Source: Candidatus Vogelbacteria bacterium (GTDB lineage Bacteria; Patescibacteriota; Minisyncoccia; Phycocordibacterales; XYD1-FULL-46-19). From it: a stretch of DNA of 64,000 bases. This document shows positions 9,897-20,258 of the stretch, piece after piece. The notes below the pieces were generated by a model that was given only the letters and a program-made list of their open reading frames with translations, was not told the DNA's origin and did no database searches. Position numbers and translations under genes: made by a program. The stretch covers positions 19,116 to 83,115 of the forward strand of contig CAIRHC010000011.1 in assembly GCA_903878275.1 (NCBI GenBank), given 5' to 3'. How positions within the stretch are numbered: the stretch's first letter is position 1; each line of letters begins with the position of its first letter.

Positions 9897-10685
9897 ATGA
9901 AAAAAATAACTTATCTCACTTTTATTACACTACTTTTATCTCTAGTTTTGTCGGCAAGCATTGTCTCGGCTCAAACCACTAGTGATACGGCGGTAGCAGC
10001 AAAAAAAGTTGATGCCAAAGTCGCCAAACTCATCGCCCGTGGCGACAAAGAAATCGACAATCGAATTGAAGCCTTAAACAAATTAACCTCACGGGTCCAA
10101 GAAATGAAATTAGTTTCGGACGCCAACAAAGCTTCCTTAGCCTCTCAAATTCAAAACCAAGTTGCCGGCTTGAATTCACTTAAAGCCAAAATTGATGCCG
10201 ACACCGATATTGAAACTTTAAAAACTGACGTAAAAGAAATTACTAGTTCATTCAGAATTTTTGCTTTAGTTATTCCACAAGGTCAAATGATCGCCGCCGC
10301 CGACCGCTTGAACACTCTTATTGGGGATTTCTCTGCTATCGGCACCAAACTTCAAACTCGCATCAACGAAGCTCAAGCCGCCGGCAAAGATGTAACTAGT
10401 CTAAATGCAACATTGACCGATTTGAAAAATCAATTAACTGACGCCCAAAGACAAGCCGAAGCTGCCGTCAGCCGAAGTGTCAGCCTAACTCCAGACAACG
10501 GTGATGCGAAAATTTTAGAAGCAAACAAAACCGCTTTAGCCCAAGCCCGTGCCGATATCAAAGTCGGTAAGCAAGACCTCGTTGACGCTCGCAAAGATAT
10601 CAATACCATTATGAAAGGACTGAAAGCTTTTAAATTACCAGCTTCGAACACCGCCCCGACCGCCTCCACAACAACCATAAATTAG
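9897..10685 (+). CDS. Secreted coiled-coil protein
   Basis: Signal peptide (VSA-Q) followed by an all-helical Ala/Lys-rich body. Confidence 0.75.
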   Translation: MKKITYLTFITLLLSLVLSASIVSAQTTSDTAVAAKKVDAKVAKLIARGDKEIDNRIEALNKLTSRVQEMKLVSDANKASLASQIQNQVAGLNSLKAKIDADTDIETLKTDVKEITSSFRIFALVIPQGQMIAAADRLNTLIGDFSAIGTKLQTRINEAQAAGKDVTSLNATLTDLKNQLTDAQRQAEAAVSRSVSLTPDNGDAKILEANKTALAQARADIKVGKQDLVDARKDINTIMKGLKAFKLPASNTAPTASTTTIN

Positions 10686-10702
10686 TTTATTTAGATAAGT
10701 GA

Positions 10703-11563
10703 ATGAAAAAATATTTAGTCCAGATCGGTTTTGTTTTAGCCGTTTTTCTCCTTATTCTTATCTGTGGACAAATATCTATTCCTGGTCTTAAAAGTTTACC
10801 CCAAAATGAGGTTATGGCTTCGGTCAGTCAAGTGATTGCCACCGCAACTATCAAGACGACTACCACCAGCCGAAGTGACCAAACTCTTAATATCCCAATC
10901 ATAATTTATCATTCGGTTCGACCAACTCGCCCAGAGGAAACAGAAGCCCAAAAAAGATACAATATTTCTCCGGACCGTTTTGAAGAGCAACTTACCTATC
11001 TAAAAAATAACGGTTACACCACCATTTCTTTAGATCAAATGGTGGCAGATTTGGAACGCGGAACCACGAGCCCAATCACCAAGCCAGTAATTCTGACTTT
11101 CGACGATGGTTGGAAAAATCAATACGAATATGCTTTTCCACTACTTAAAAAATATAACGACACTGCCACTTTTTACGTCTATACCAATCCAATTGAAAAA
11201 GACGAACGATTTTTAATTTGGAGTCAAATAAAAGAAATGTCTGATGCCGGTATGACAATCGGTAGTCATTCGGTGTATCATCCTTATTTTTCCAAAGCGA
11301 CACCCGCAGAATTAAAAAAAGAAATTTTTAACAGCAAAAAAACCTTAGAAAAACATCTCGGAAAAAAAGTAAGTCATTTCGCCACACCGTACGGTCAGAC
11401 CAGCAGTCAGATCGAAAAACTAATCAAAGAAGCCGGCTACACTACCGGACGAGTAACCACCAAAAAATCACCCATTACCAAGGAAAACCTATTTCATCTT
11501 TCGGCCTTTTTTGTGCCTCAAAACCTTCAAGATTTTATCGGGCTATTAGAAAACAAAAATTAA
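10703..11563 (+). CDS. Polysaccharide deacetylase (CE4)
   Basis: IYH, LTFDDG, GSHS..H, FATPYG motifs. Confidence 0.9.
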   Translation: MKKYLVQIGFVLAVFLLILICGQISIPGLKSLPQNEVMASVSQVIATATIKTTTTSRSDQTLNIPIIIYHSVRPTRPEETEAQKRYNISPDRFEEQLTYLKNNGYTTISLDQMVADLERGTTSPITKPVILTFDDGWKNQYEYAFPLLKKYNDTATFYVYTNPIEKDERFLIWSQIKEMSDAGMTIGSHSVYHPYFSKATPAELKKEIFNSKKTLEKHLGKKVSHFATPYGQTSSQIEKLIKEAGYTTGRVTTKKSPITKENLFHLSAFFVPQNLQDFIGLLENKN

Positions 11564-11642
11564 AAATTAAAAATTTTGACTTTGATAATTTATCTGTATA
11601 ATTAGGATTATTATCAAAATTAATTAACAGCACAATATTAAT

Positions 11643-12626
11643 ATGGAAAAAGGAACAAAAAATAATTTTGTAAGTGGTTTGATTATCGGTGCCATTATCG
11701 CTGCCGTAGTCGTCTTTTTTGGGCAAGGGATAATCGGTGGTAACGTCTCACCAGATAAAGCCAAAACTATGGTGACTAATTTTGTGAACACCAAACTGCT
11801 TGGCGGTCAGGCAACAGCCAAACTGGACCAACTCGCAAGTGCTGGTGCTGGTCTTTATAAAGTTAAGTTCACGATCAATGGCAAGCCGATCGATTCGTAT
11901 ATGACCAAAGACGGCAAACTATTTTTTCCGGAAGCTTTCCCAATGTCGAGCAGTACCTCTAGTGGAGCCGACCAAGCTTCAACCGTCGTGACTAAAAGCG
12001 ACAAACCGAAAGTTGAATTATTCGTAATGAGTTACTGCCCATACGGCACTCAAATCGAAAAAGGAATTATTCCTGCCGTTCAAGCCTTAGGCGACAAAGT
12101 TGATTTCAAATTAAAGTTTGTTAATTATGCGATGCACGGCGAAAAAGAATTAAAGGAAAATCTCCGCCAATACTGTATTGAAAAAGATCAAACCGCTAAA
12201 TTATTACCTTATCTTACTTGTTTCCTAAAAAGTGACGATTCCACCAGCTGTGTCGGAAGCACTGGTATCGATCAAGAAGCGATGGATTCTTGCGTCGCGA
12301 GTGCTGACAAAGAATTTAAAGTAACCGAACAATTTACTGGCAAGAAAAATTGGAATGGCAATTTCCCACCGTTCGATGTACACAAAGCTGAAAACGAAAA
12401 ATACGGTGTCCAAGGCTCCCCAACCCTAGTCATCAATGGTGCTCAAGCCGAAGCGGGTCGTGACAGTGCCAGCTTGTTAAAGACGATTTGTAGCGCTTTC
12501 AACAAGCAACCGGAGATCTGTACTACCGCCAAATTATCAAGCGACAGCCCAGCTCCTGGCTTTGGTGAAGGTACCGAAGCCCCAGCCGCCGCTGGTCAGC
12601 CAGCCGCTGGTTGTGCGACAAATTAA
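11643..12626 (+). CDS. Membrane-anchored thioredoxin-fold protein (CPYG)
   Basis: VELFVMSYCPYG, GVQGSPTL.ING, several extra Cys. Confidence 0.75.
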   Translation: MEKGTKNNFVSGLIIGAIIAAVVVFFGQGIIGGNVSPDKAKTMVTNFVNTKLLGGQATAKLDQLASAGAGLYKVKFTINGKPIDSYMTKDGKLFFPEAFPMSSSTSSGADQASTVVTKSDKPKVELFVMSYCPYGTQIEKGIIPAVQALGDKVDFKLKFVNYAMHGEKELKENLRQYCIEKDQTAKLLPYLTCFLKSDDSTSCVGSTGIDQEAMDSCVASADKEFKVTEQFTGKKNWNGNFPPFDVHKAENEKYGVQGSPTLVINGAQAEAGRDSASLLKTICSAFNKQPEICTTAKLSSDSPAPGFGEGTEAPAAAGQPAAGCATN

Positions 12627-12638
12627 TTAGAAGTCAAC

Positions 12639-12670
12639 AAAACCGCCCGAGGCTTACCTCGGGCGGTTTT
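12639..12670. terminator. Bidirectional terminator / palindromic repeat
   Basis: AAAACCGCCCGAGG-ctta-CCTCGGGCGGTTTT. Confidence 0.8.
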
Positions 12671-12689
12671 AGTTTACCTACCTAATTCC

Positions 12690-13586
12690 TTAATTAAGAT
12701 ATTTGAGTAAAGCTTTGATCCCCGCTAAATTTTGTTCCCACTCGACCGTCTCGTGAGTTTTAAGCTCCACCGTAATTGCCGGAATATTTATTGACGCCAG
12801 CCAACCTTCGGCATCGCCGGTAATTTCATATTGAGAAAAAGATTTTACTGGAGCATAACCCGAAGCTTGTGCATAAGTATTCATAATGTCGAGCGTCATC
12901 GGTAAAATCCCCGCTTTACATTCTGACGAATAAACCGAGTTGGCTTGGCTATGCCAAAAAATTACGCTTGTTGGTTTATTTTTTAAAACAAAATCACGAA
13001 TCGCCACCGCTTCTGGTTCAGAAAAAGCTTTCGAACCAGCACTGACTGGCGTGTTTCGCCAAGTGCTTTCTGGTTGCCAGTTACAATCAAAGTTGCGATT
13101 GAGATCAATATCGTGTGCATTGAGCCGTCCGGTTCCAGACGCCAGCGATTTTGTCGGCACATCAGCCAAAGTAAAACGCCCATCTTTTCCAATCACTTTA
13201 TAAACTCCATCGGGATTAGCTGATGGAATTATCGAAATCGTTAAATTTTCTGGAACAAAACTGGGGTTAGCTTTTAAATAATCGGTAAACTGATAAGCCA
13301 AAGCCACACTGTTCCATTCATAACCACCGTGAATTCCGCCGACAAATAATACGAGGGTTTTACCTTTGCCATAAGTGTAAGCTTCGATATCACGACCTTC
13401 GACCGACTTACCAATCACCTCTTTTTTAGGAGAATTATCAACGATAATCGGAGCAACCGGCGTCGGTAAAACTGAAACTTTTTTCTGCAAAAATATAACA
13501 ACAAAACCGCTCGCAAAAAACGCCATAAAAATAAATACAATAACCGCAAAAATTATTATATGGCGTTTTGAAAAGAGCGACTCCAT
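12690..13586 (-). CDS. M14 zinc carboxypeptidase (MpaA-like)
   Basis: IHGGYE, NPDG, DLNRNF, SEPE, WHS, TVEL all intact. Confidence 0.88.
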   Translation of the reverse strand: MESLFSKRHIIIFAVIVFIFMAFFASGFVVIFLQKKVSVLPTPVAPIIVDNSPKKEVIGKSVEGRDIEAYTYGKGKTLVLFVGGIHGGYEWNSVALAYQFTDYLKANPSFVPENLTISIIPSANPDGVYKVIGKDGRFTLADVPTKSLASGTGRLNAHDIDLNRNFDCNWQPESTWRNTPVSAGSKAFSEPEAVAIRDFVLKNKPTSVIFWHSQANSVYSSECKAGILPMTLDIMNTYAQASGYAPVKSFSQYEITGDAEGWLASINIPAITVELKTHETVEWEQNLAGIKALLKYLN

Positions 13587-13589
13587 TAT

Positions 13590-14498
13590 TTATTTCGTAT
13601 AGTATTTGAGTAAAGCTTGAATACCAGCTAAGTTTTTATCCCATTCGGTATCTTTGTGATTTGTGAGAAGTACACTAATCGCGGGAATTTTTTCTTTTGC
13701 CAACCAGTTTACCATATCGCCAGTCGTCTCGTAGAAATCAAAACTATCGTACGCTTTATAGCCAGAAGCTTCAGCATAAGTATCGGTCAAAGTTTTGGTT
13801 TCTGACAAAATTTCACCGGTACACTTGGAAGAATACACGCCACCGGCGGAGCTATACCACACCACCACCGCCTTCGGTTTATTTGTGGCAATATAATTTT
13901 TAATCGCTAAACTTTCTGGTTCGGAAAAAGCTTCGCTTCCACCACTCACTGTCATTTTTTGCCAAGTCCCCTTCGCTTGCCAATTACAATCAAAGTTGCG
14001 ATTGAGATCAACGCTATTTGCATTAAAACGACCATCAATAACTGTCTCTTCCGAAGTAGAAACGTCAGCCGAAGTAAAGCGACCAATAGCTCCGACAACT
14101 TTCTTCAGACCATCAGTATTTAAAACCGGGAGAACAGTCACCTTAATATTTTTCGGGATAATCTCTGGATTAGCTTTTAAATAATCCATCAACTCATAAG
14201 CAACGAGTGTTGTATTCCATTCATAGCCACCGTGAATTCCGCCGACAAATAAAAGCTCTGTATCGCCAGTACCATAATGATAAGCGGTGATATCATTTTT
14301 TTCGACCGATGTCCCAATCACCGTTTCCCCAATATTTTCCGTTGTTGTACCGGTCTGGCTTGTCGACGATGCCGTAGCATCGGTCGTCGTCGCCGTGTCT
14401 ATGACGACCGGAGTAACCGAAGAACTTTTAGTAAAATAATAAACGCTTCCAATAATAGCTACCACAACCACAATCGCCACAATGATGTTTTTGTTCAT
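13590..14498 (-). CDS. M14 carboxypeptidase paralog, probably inactive
   Basis: Tandem paralog with IHGGYE and DLNRNF, but WYS and SVLL replace WHS and TVEL. Confidence 0.8.
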   Translation of the reverse strand: MNKNIIVAIVVVVAIIGSVYYFTKSSSVTPVVIDTATTTDATASSTSQTGTTTENIGETVIGTSVEKNDITAYHYGTGDTELLFVGGIHGGYEWNTTLVAYELMDYLKANPEIIPKNIKVTVLPVLNTDGLKKVVGAIGRFTSADVSTSEETVIDGRFNANSVDLNRNFDCNWQAKGTWQKMTVSGGSEAFSEPESLAIKNYIATNKPKAVVVWYSSAGGVYSSKCTGEILSETKTLTDTYAEASGYKAYDSFDFYETTGDMVNWLAKEKIPAISVLLTNHKDTEWDKNLAGIQALLKYYTK

Positions 14499-14540
14499 AA
14501 TATAACCATCCTAGCACAAATAAATTTGTGCAACCACTCA

Positions 14541-14583
14541 CAAAAATAGCCCCAATGATTCCGGGTCCTTAGGGCTATTTTTG
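14541..14583. terminator. Hairpin terminator
   Basis: CAAAAATAGCCC...GGGCTATTTTTG. Confidence 0.65.
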
Positions 14584-14591
14584 TATTATTG

Positions 14592-14717
14592 TTACTTTTT
14601 CTTTGTTTTATTTTTTGCTTTCGCTTGCAACATCAGCTTCTTCACCGCCAAACGCTTTTTAGTTTTTGGCGATCTTGATGTTTTCATCTTACCTACTCCT
14701 GTATGTCTTTTTCCCAT
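14592..14717 (-). CDS. Small (41 aa) highly basic protein missing from the ORF track
   Basis: MGKRHTGVGKMKTSRSPKTKKRLAVKKLMLQAKAKNKTKKK*; AT-rich leader and a terminator right after the stop. Confidence 0.7.
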   Translation of the reverse strand: MGKRHTGVGKMKTSRSPKTKKRLAVKKLMLQAKAKNKTKKK

Positions 14718-14826
14718 ATGTTTATTATTTTTTGATTAATTGATTAATTTCTATTAAGTCTACCAGAAATACAAAAAGAAGCTATCCTTCTTTTTGTTCC
14801 GCCTTAAGTCACCGAGTTATAATCTG

Positions 14827-15645
14827 CTATTCAGCGACAATCTTAGCTTTCATCATCGGATGGATTTTGCAGTGGTAATTTTCGCTAACAGGAGAAGAAA
14901 AGGTAAAAGTAAACGATTCTCCAGTGGCAAGAGTTGGTGAATTTAAAAGGTTGCCAGAATCCGAAGTTACGGTATGTGGGACAGCGTCCTCGTTAATCCA
15001 TTTTACCGTATCCCCTTTTTTAACATTCAAGGTTGCCGGCTCAAAAGTAAAATTTTTAATCTTCACAATAATTTCGCTAGCCGGTGCCGCTTGTCCTTGT
15101 TCAGAATTAACCAATGGAGTAACGACATTACTAACCGGAGCTTCCGGCGGTGCAGAAACAATGGGCTCGCTACCCTGTTTAAATACCGTTAAATAACCAA
15201 CGACCCCAAAGACAATAATCAAAACAACAACCGCCAAAATTAATTTCTTCATATTAAATAAATTAAACTTATAATATTCTTCATTTTTTCTAATAAGATA
15301 AAACAACGGCCAAGCCAGAGCAAACAGTATTACAGTATGAATCAGCCAAAAAATCACCACGAAACTTAAATTATAACCTTCGAGAAAATACCGAATCTGT
15401 AGAAGTGTACAAATAACTAGCGCAAAAATCCCCGCTTTAAGAACATTATTTTTAATTCGCACTAGAACAAAAAACAAAATCACTCCAAAAATTAGAGCGA
15501 AAATTATTTTATTACGAAAATAATATTCCGGTACTGACCAGTCCAAACGTATAGAATGCACAACAAAATCAGATAAGGTAAAAAGTAGAATAGCAATAAA
15601 AAGAAAAATCAGATTGTATAGAGTTAAATAAATTTTATTTTTCAC
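14827..15645 (-). CDS. Membrane domain fused to a cupredoxin (plastocyanin-like) domain
   Basis: Several TM helices, then KNFTFEP...GDTVKWIN...PHTV...YHCKIHPMM copper motif; GTG start 6 nt after TGgTATAAT; alternative in-frame ATG at 15252. Confidence 0.8.
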   Translation of the reverse strand: MKNKIYLTLYNLIFLFIAILLFTLSDFVVHSIRLDWSVPEYYFRNKIIFALIFGVILFFVLVRIKNNVLKAGIFALVICTLLQIRYFLEGYNLSFVVIFWLIHTVILFALAWPLFYLIRKNEEYYKFNLFNMKKLILAVVVLIIVFGVVGYLTVFKQGSEPIVSAPPEAPVSNVVTPLVNSEQGQAAPASEIIVKIKNFTFEPATLNVKKGDTVKWINEDAVPHTVTSDSGNLLNSPTLATGESFTFTFSSPVSENYHCKIHPMMKAKIVAE

Positions 15646-15742
15646 GTTTAAATTATACCAAAAATCTCCCATCGGTTCTACGTCCCCTCCGACACAAGCA
15701 GGCTAACTATGGTGCGCAAAAGACACGCCGAAAGAATACCGA

Positions 15743-16351
15743 TTAATCAATCTGAAGACAGTTGACACTGGCAGTGACGGTACCATTGACATCGCTCTCG
15801 GCCGACACTTCCCAACCAGAAATTTCAGTCGAAGTTCCTATTATTGCCATACTCGATAAAACTCGAACGCCACTCGTTTCCATATACCCTCCAGAAATAG
15901 GAACGTCATTTGAATCAAGGCAAGATGCTCGGACTATCACATATGTACTGGCGGCACTAAGTCCGCCACGAAGGCTGTATCTCGTATAAATTCGAGATTT
16001 ATCAATACCAACCCCAGAAGATGAACCTGCGGGACCTTGTGGACCAGTGGGCCCAATTTCACCAATATCCCCCTTGTCGCCCTTTGGACCAGGCAGACCA
16101 TCATTTCCAGCAACGCCAGGAATCCCTTGCGGTCCGGGTATTCCTTGTATGCCCTGTGGTCCAGTACCCAAAGACAACAAGGAATCATTATTTTTACAAT
16201 CGGTTTTCTTGAAACCTTCACCGACAACATAGACCAAGCCATTGTGCTTTACGCATAAAACAATCTCGCTATTCTTGGCTTGAGAATAAGACCAAAGTCC
16301 CAAAAACAAAACCAGTCCAAATACCGCCACCCCAATAGTTTTTATTTTCAT
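15743..16351 (-). CDS. Secreted collagen-like protein
   Basis: Signal peptide, a run of Gly-X-Y triplets, Cys-containing C-terminal beta domain. Confidence 0.85.
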   Translation of the reverse strand: MKIKTIGVAVFGLVLFLGLWSYSQAKNSEIVLCVKHNGLVYVVGEGFKKTDCKNNDSLLSLGTGPQGIQGIPGPQGIPGVAGNDGLPGPKGDKGDIGEIGPTGPQGPAGSSSGVGIDKSRIYTRYSLRGGLSAASTYVIVRASCLDSNDVPISGGYMETSGVRVLSSMAIIGTSTEISGWEVSAESDVNGTVTASVNCLQID

Positions 16352-16434
16352 ATGGTCAAACTATACACTATTTTTTAAATTCAGCAAAAAAAACTTTGCA
16401 AAATAATAAGAAAAAATTGGCTTAAAAATAGCAC

Positions 16435-17637
16435 CTATAAAACATCCACCGGCTCGACTTCTTCGTGATGATATCTTGATTCTGGGATTATTTTTCGGTA
16501 AAAAAACATAACACCAAAAGCCAATAATAAAATTAAACCACTTAAAACAAACGGTAGTTTTTCATTGACAGAGTAAATCGTGCCGACTGCCAAAGGTCCA
16601 ATAGCCATACCCAAGGTCATCAAGGCAGACATAATACCCGCCACTTCCCCCTTTTTTGTCGGATCAGCAAAACCAGTAATACGGCTAGACATTACGACCC
16701 GTAAAATAGACTGATTCATAATCATCAAAACCATCCCCGCAATAAAAACATACAAAAATGAGGAGGTCATCACAAAAAAACCTACAGCCATAAACAAAAT
16801 TGTCCAGATTTCCAATTTCGCTTCATCAAATTTTTTCAACCAAAAATGTTTTAGCAGATAACCTTGATTAATGACCATAATTATTCCAGTAATCGCCATC
16901 AGATACCCGGTATGATTAGCGTTAAAATTAAAAGTAAACTGGGTGTACAAAGCAAAAATTGATTGTTGAGCGGCAAAAGCCAACCCAAATAAAAACAAAA
17001 CCAAATAGCGAGAACGCAAAACTTTATCTTTTATCGCTAAGTTAATTGGAGCGAAAGGATGAATAGAAATTTTCCGGTCTTTCGCCAAATTTTTATTTGT
17101 TTCTGGTAAAAAGAAAAAGGCCGCAATTGTATTTAAAGTAGCCAGAACCCCGACAAAATAAAAAGGAAAAGACATCGAAATATGAGACAAGAGAGCTCCG
17201 ACCGCTGGACCAATAATAAAACCGATACCAAAAACCGCCCCGATTGTACCCATACTAGCTGTTCTCTCTTTATTATTTTTAGCTAAATCAGCCAAATAAC
17301 TTTGAGCAACCGGGAAATTACCAGCCGCCATACCATCAATAATTCGACCGACAAACAAGGCGATAACATTATTCGCCCCAGCAAAAACAAACCACCCAAC
17401 AGCGGTACTGGCAATACTAACAATTAACGCTGGTCGACGACCAAATTTATCAGACAGAGCTCCCAAAATCGGAGCGCTCAAAAAAGAACATATTGAAAAA
17501 ACAGCAAACAACAAGGTCACGGTCAAAGCCGAAGCTCCGACGCTCTGAACAAAATACGGCATCACCGGTATAACAATTCCAATACCAACGACGTCGATAA
17601 AGACGGTTAAAATAATTATTATTTTTTCTTTAGTCAT
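16435..17637 (-). CDS. MFS transporter (TetA-like)
   Basis: GALSDKFGRRP motif A, GRIIDG, GF.IGP; about 12 TM segments. Confidence 0.9.
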   Translation of the reverse strand: MTKEKIIIILTVFIDVVGIGIVIPVMPYFVQSVGASALTVTLLFAVFSICSFLSAPILGALSDKFGRRPALIVSIASTAVGWFVFAGANNVIALFVGRIIDGMAAGNFPVAQSYLADLAKNNKERTASMGTIGAVFGIGFIIGPAVGALLSHISMSFPFYFVGVLATLNTIAAFFFLPETNKNLAKDRKISIHPFAPINLAIKDKVLRSRYLVLFLFGLAFAAQQSIFALYTQFTFNFNANHTGYLMAITGIIMVINQGYLLKHFWLKKFDEAKLEIWTILFMAVGFFVMTSSFLYVFIAGMVLMIMNQSILRVVMSSRITGFADPTKKGEVAGIMSALMTLGMAIGPLAVGTIYSVNEKLPFVLSGLILLLAFGVMFFYRKIIPESRYHHEEVEPVDVL

Positions 17638-17711
17638 TGTTACTTAATTATACTACAAAAAGCCGAGGTATTTGCAGAGCTATTTTACTCTCTGGTAGAT
17701 CCCCCAAGATT

Positions 17712-18158
17712 TTATCTCTCGAGCCTTTTTCTTAATTCATCGATGACCGCTTTCTGCCAGTATTTCAGAGAAAACCAACCGATCAGAGGTTTGGCAATTA
17801 TGCGAAGCCAGCGCTTGTGAATGGCAACTTGATAAGTGTAATCGATCACGGTTCCTTCCGGACTTTCAGAGAGTAATAATTCTTCGTGGCCAGAAGTCCC
17901 AAATTTAGAGCTTTCATTGTCTGAAAGGTAGCCTTTGTCGGGAAGAATCTCTGTTTTCATTTTTACCGGAAACTTTTGACCAAATGATTTAGCCGTCGCA
18001 TCCATTTCTAAATAATTTCCTTCGCGTTTTGTGATTTGTATAAATTCTGCCACTTTCGGAAAATATTCCGGAAATTTTTCAAAGTCTGTCATTATGTTAA
18101 ACACCTCCGCAAGAGGAGCCTTGACGAGCCACTTGGCACGAAGAGTAATGTCTTTCAT
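17712..18158 (-). CDS. SRPBCC/START family protein
   Basis: AP..EVF..MTDFEKFPEYFP signature. Confidence 0.75.
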   Translation of the reverse strand: MKDITLRAKWLVKAPLAEVFNIMTDFEKFPEYFPKVAEFIQITKREGNYLEMDATAKSFGQKFPVKMKTEILPDKGYLSDNESSKFGTSGHEELLLSESPEGTVIDYTYQVAIHKRWLRIIAKPLIGWFSLKYWQKAVIDELRKRLER

Positions 18159-18272
18159 CTAAAAATTATACCAAAAACAAACGCAAAGCTCACTAGCTTT
18201 GCGATCATATTCATTCTCATACTCACTTCAAAAAAACATCCGCAATAGTCGTTTTTAGTTTACAGTGCTTTG

Positions 18273-18345
18273 CTCCGCGGGTAGGACTCGAACCTACGAC
18301 CAACCCGTTAACAGCGGGCCGCTCTACCAACTGAGCTACCGCGGA
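18273..18345 (-). tRNA. tRNA-Asn(GTT), no encoded CCA
   Basis: TCCGCGGTAGCTCAGTTGGTAGAGCGGCCCGCT-GTT-AACGGGTTGGTCGTAGGTTCGAGTCCTACCCGCGGAG cloverleaf. Confidence 0.95.
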
Positions 18346-18452
18346 GCGAAACACTTTAAAATCGATAGGTAGTTTGAAAAGAACAACCCTAATATATTAA
18401 CAAAAATTGAATAAAATGCAATGATAGAATAGACTTATAGTATAAGGGTCAA

Positions 18453-20258
18453 ATGACTAAACAAACAAAAACAACCGAGACTGCCGAGCTGAAAACCAAC
18501 TGGGATTTGACTCCCCTTTTTGCCAGCGACAAAGACCCAAAAATCAATCTGGCGGAACAGCAAGCCTTGCGTGCCAGTTATGAATTTATTGACAAGTGGA
18601 AGGATCGCACGGATTATTTGGAAGACCCCAAAATCCTCGCCGAAGCTCTAGTTGAATATGAAGCGTGGCTGAAAAATCACGGCTACAATAATAAAGTTTG
18701 TTATTATTTTCACTTGCAAACCGAACTCGACCAAAACAATCCCGAACTGAAAGCTCGCTACAATAAAGCCAAAGAAATTTCGATTCGGATTCAAAATGAT
18801 ATTCAGTTTTTTACTTTGAATGTGGCGAAGATTGCCCCCAAAAATCGCGCGCGATTTTTGGGGGAACCAGCTCTTTCCCCGTTTAAACATTTTCTCGAAC
18901 ACAGTTTTGCTGAAGCCGAATATTTACTATCCAACGCGGAAGAAAAAATTATCAATCATCACGTCGAATCAGCCTATCTAAATTGGGTGCGCCTGACCGA
19001 AACCGAATTGTCGAAAGAAAAACAAAACGGCAAAACTTTTCCCGAACTACTCGCCGAGGTAAATAACAAAAATCAGAAAAAGCGTGACAAAGCTTTTCTG
19101 GCGGTCAATAAAATTCTCGCCAGCAAATCAGCTGTCGCCGAAGCCGAGCTCAATTCGGTACTGGGTTACAAAAAATCCATCGACGAAATTCGTGGCAGTG
19201 CTCGCCCAGATTTTTTACGACACTTATCAGATGATATGCCGAGCGAGACCGTCGATGCAATGCTTGGGGCTGTCGCCGAAAGATTTGATTTGTCGCAAAG
19301 ATATTACGCTTTTAAAGCCCGAGCATTGGGTTTGAAAAAAATTAAATATTACGAAAAAAATGTCGGCTTCGGACAAACTGAAAAAAAATACAAATACCAA
19401 GAAGCAATAAGTTTAGTCAGCCAAGTTTTAACCAGCCTCAATCAAAACTGGAAAAATATTTTTGATGGCTTTATTAAAAACGGTCAAATTGATGTCTATC
19501 CAAAACAATTTCGCAGTGACGGAGCTTTTTGCACGCATATGTCATCCAAAGAGCCGACTTACATTTTACTCAATTATACCGATCAATTGCGTGATGTCAC
19601 CACACTAGCTCACGAATTTGGTCACGGTTTAAACAATGAGCTGATCAAACAAAAACAACACGAATTTTATTTTGACACACCTGTTTCCACCGCCGAAGTC
19701 GCAAGCACTTTTGTTGAAGATTTTGTGCTAGAAGAAATTGGCAAGCAAGCAGATGAAAAAACTAAACTATCTTTAATGATGGCGAAACTCGACGACGATG
19801 TTTCCACTATTTTCCGCCAGGTTGCCGCCTATCGTTTCGAGCAAGCATTGCACAAAAATTTCCGCGAGCAAGGTTATTTGTCGCAAAAAGAAATTGGTAA
19901 ATTATTTTTGGAAAATATGAAAGCCTATACTGGTCCCGCAATGGACTACCCCACTGGTACCGAAAACTGGTGGATTTACTGGAGCCATTTTCGCAATTTC
20001 TTTTATGTCTATTCTTACGCCAGCGGTCTTCTTATTTCAAAATCGCTCCAAAGTCTTGTCCGACAAAATCCCGACCACATTTCTCGCGTCGAAAAATTCT
20101 TAAGTGCTGGTACTTCTGATTCACCGACCACCATTTTTGCCGAGCTCGGTCTCGACATCCAAACCAAAGACTTTTGGCAAAAAGGTTTAACTGAAATTGA
20201 AAATCTTTTAAACGACACAGAAAAATTGTATAATAGTTTGTATGGAACAAAAAACTAA
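18453..20258 (+). CDS. pepF: Oligoendopeptidase F (M3B)
   Basis: WDL N-terminus, GAFC, TLAHEFGH (HExxH), AEVAS.F.E, W...HF..FYVYSYA. Confidence 0.88.
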   Translation: MTKQTKTTETAELKTNWDLTPLFASDKDPKINLAEQQALRASYEFIDKWKDRTDYLEDPKILAEALVEYEAWLKNHGYNNKVCYYFHLQTELDQNNPELKARYNKAKEISIRIQNDIQFFTLNVAKIAPKNRARFLGEPALSPFKHFLEHSFAEAEYLLSNAEEKIINHHVESAYLNWVRLTETELSKEKQNGKTFPELLAEVNNKNQKKRDKAFLAVNKILASKSAVAEAELNSVLGYKKSIDEIRGSARPDFLRHLSDDMPSETVDAMLGAVAERFDLSQRYYAFKARALGLKKIKYYEKNVGFGQTEKKYKYQEAISLVSQVLTSLNQNWKNIFDGFIKNGQIDVYPKQFRSDGAFCTHMSSKEPTYILLNYTDQLRDVTTLAHEFGHGLNNELIKQKQHEFYFDTPVSTAEVASTFVEDFVLEEIGKQADEKTKLSLMMAKLDDDVSTIFRQVAAYRFEQALHKNFREQGYLSQKEIGKLFLENMKAYTGPAMDYPTGTENWWIYWSHFRNFFYVYSYASGLLISKSLQSLVRQNPDHISRVEKFLSAGTSDSPTTIFAELGLDIQTKDFWQKGLTEIENLLNDTEKLYNSLYGTKN

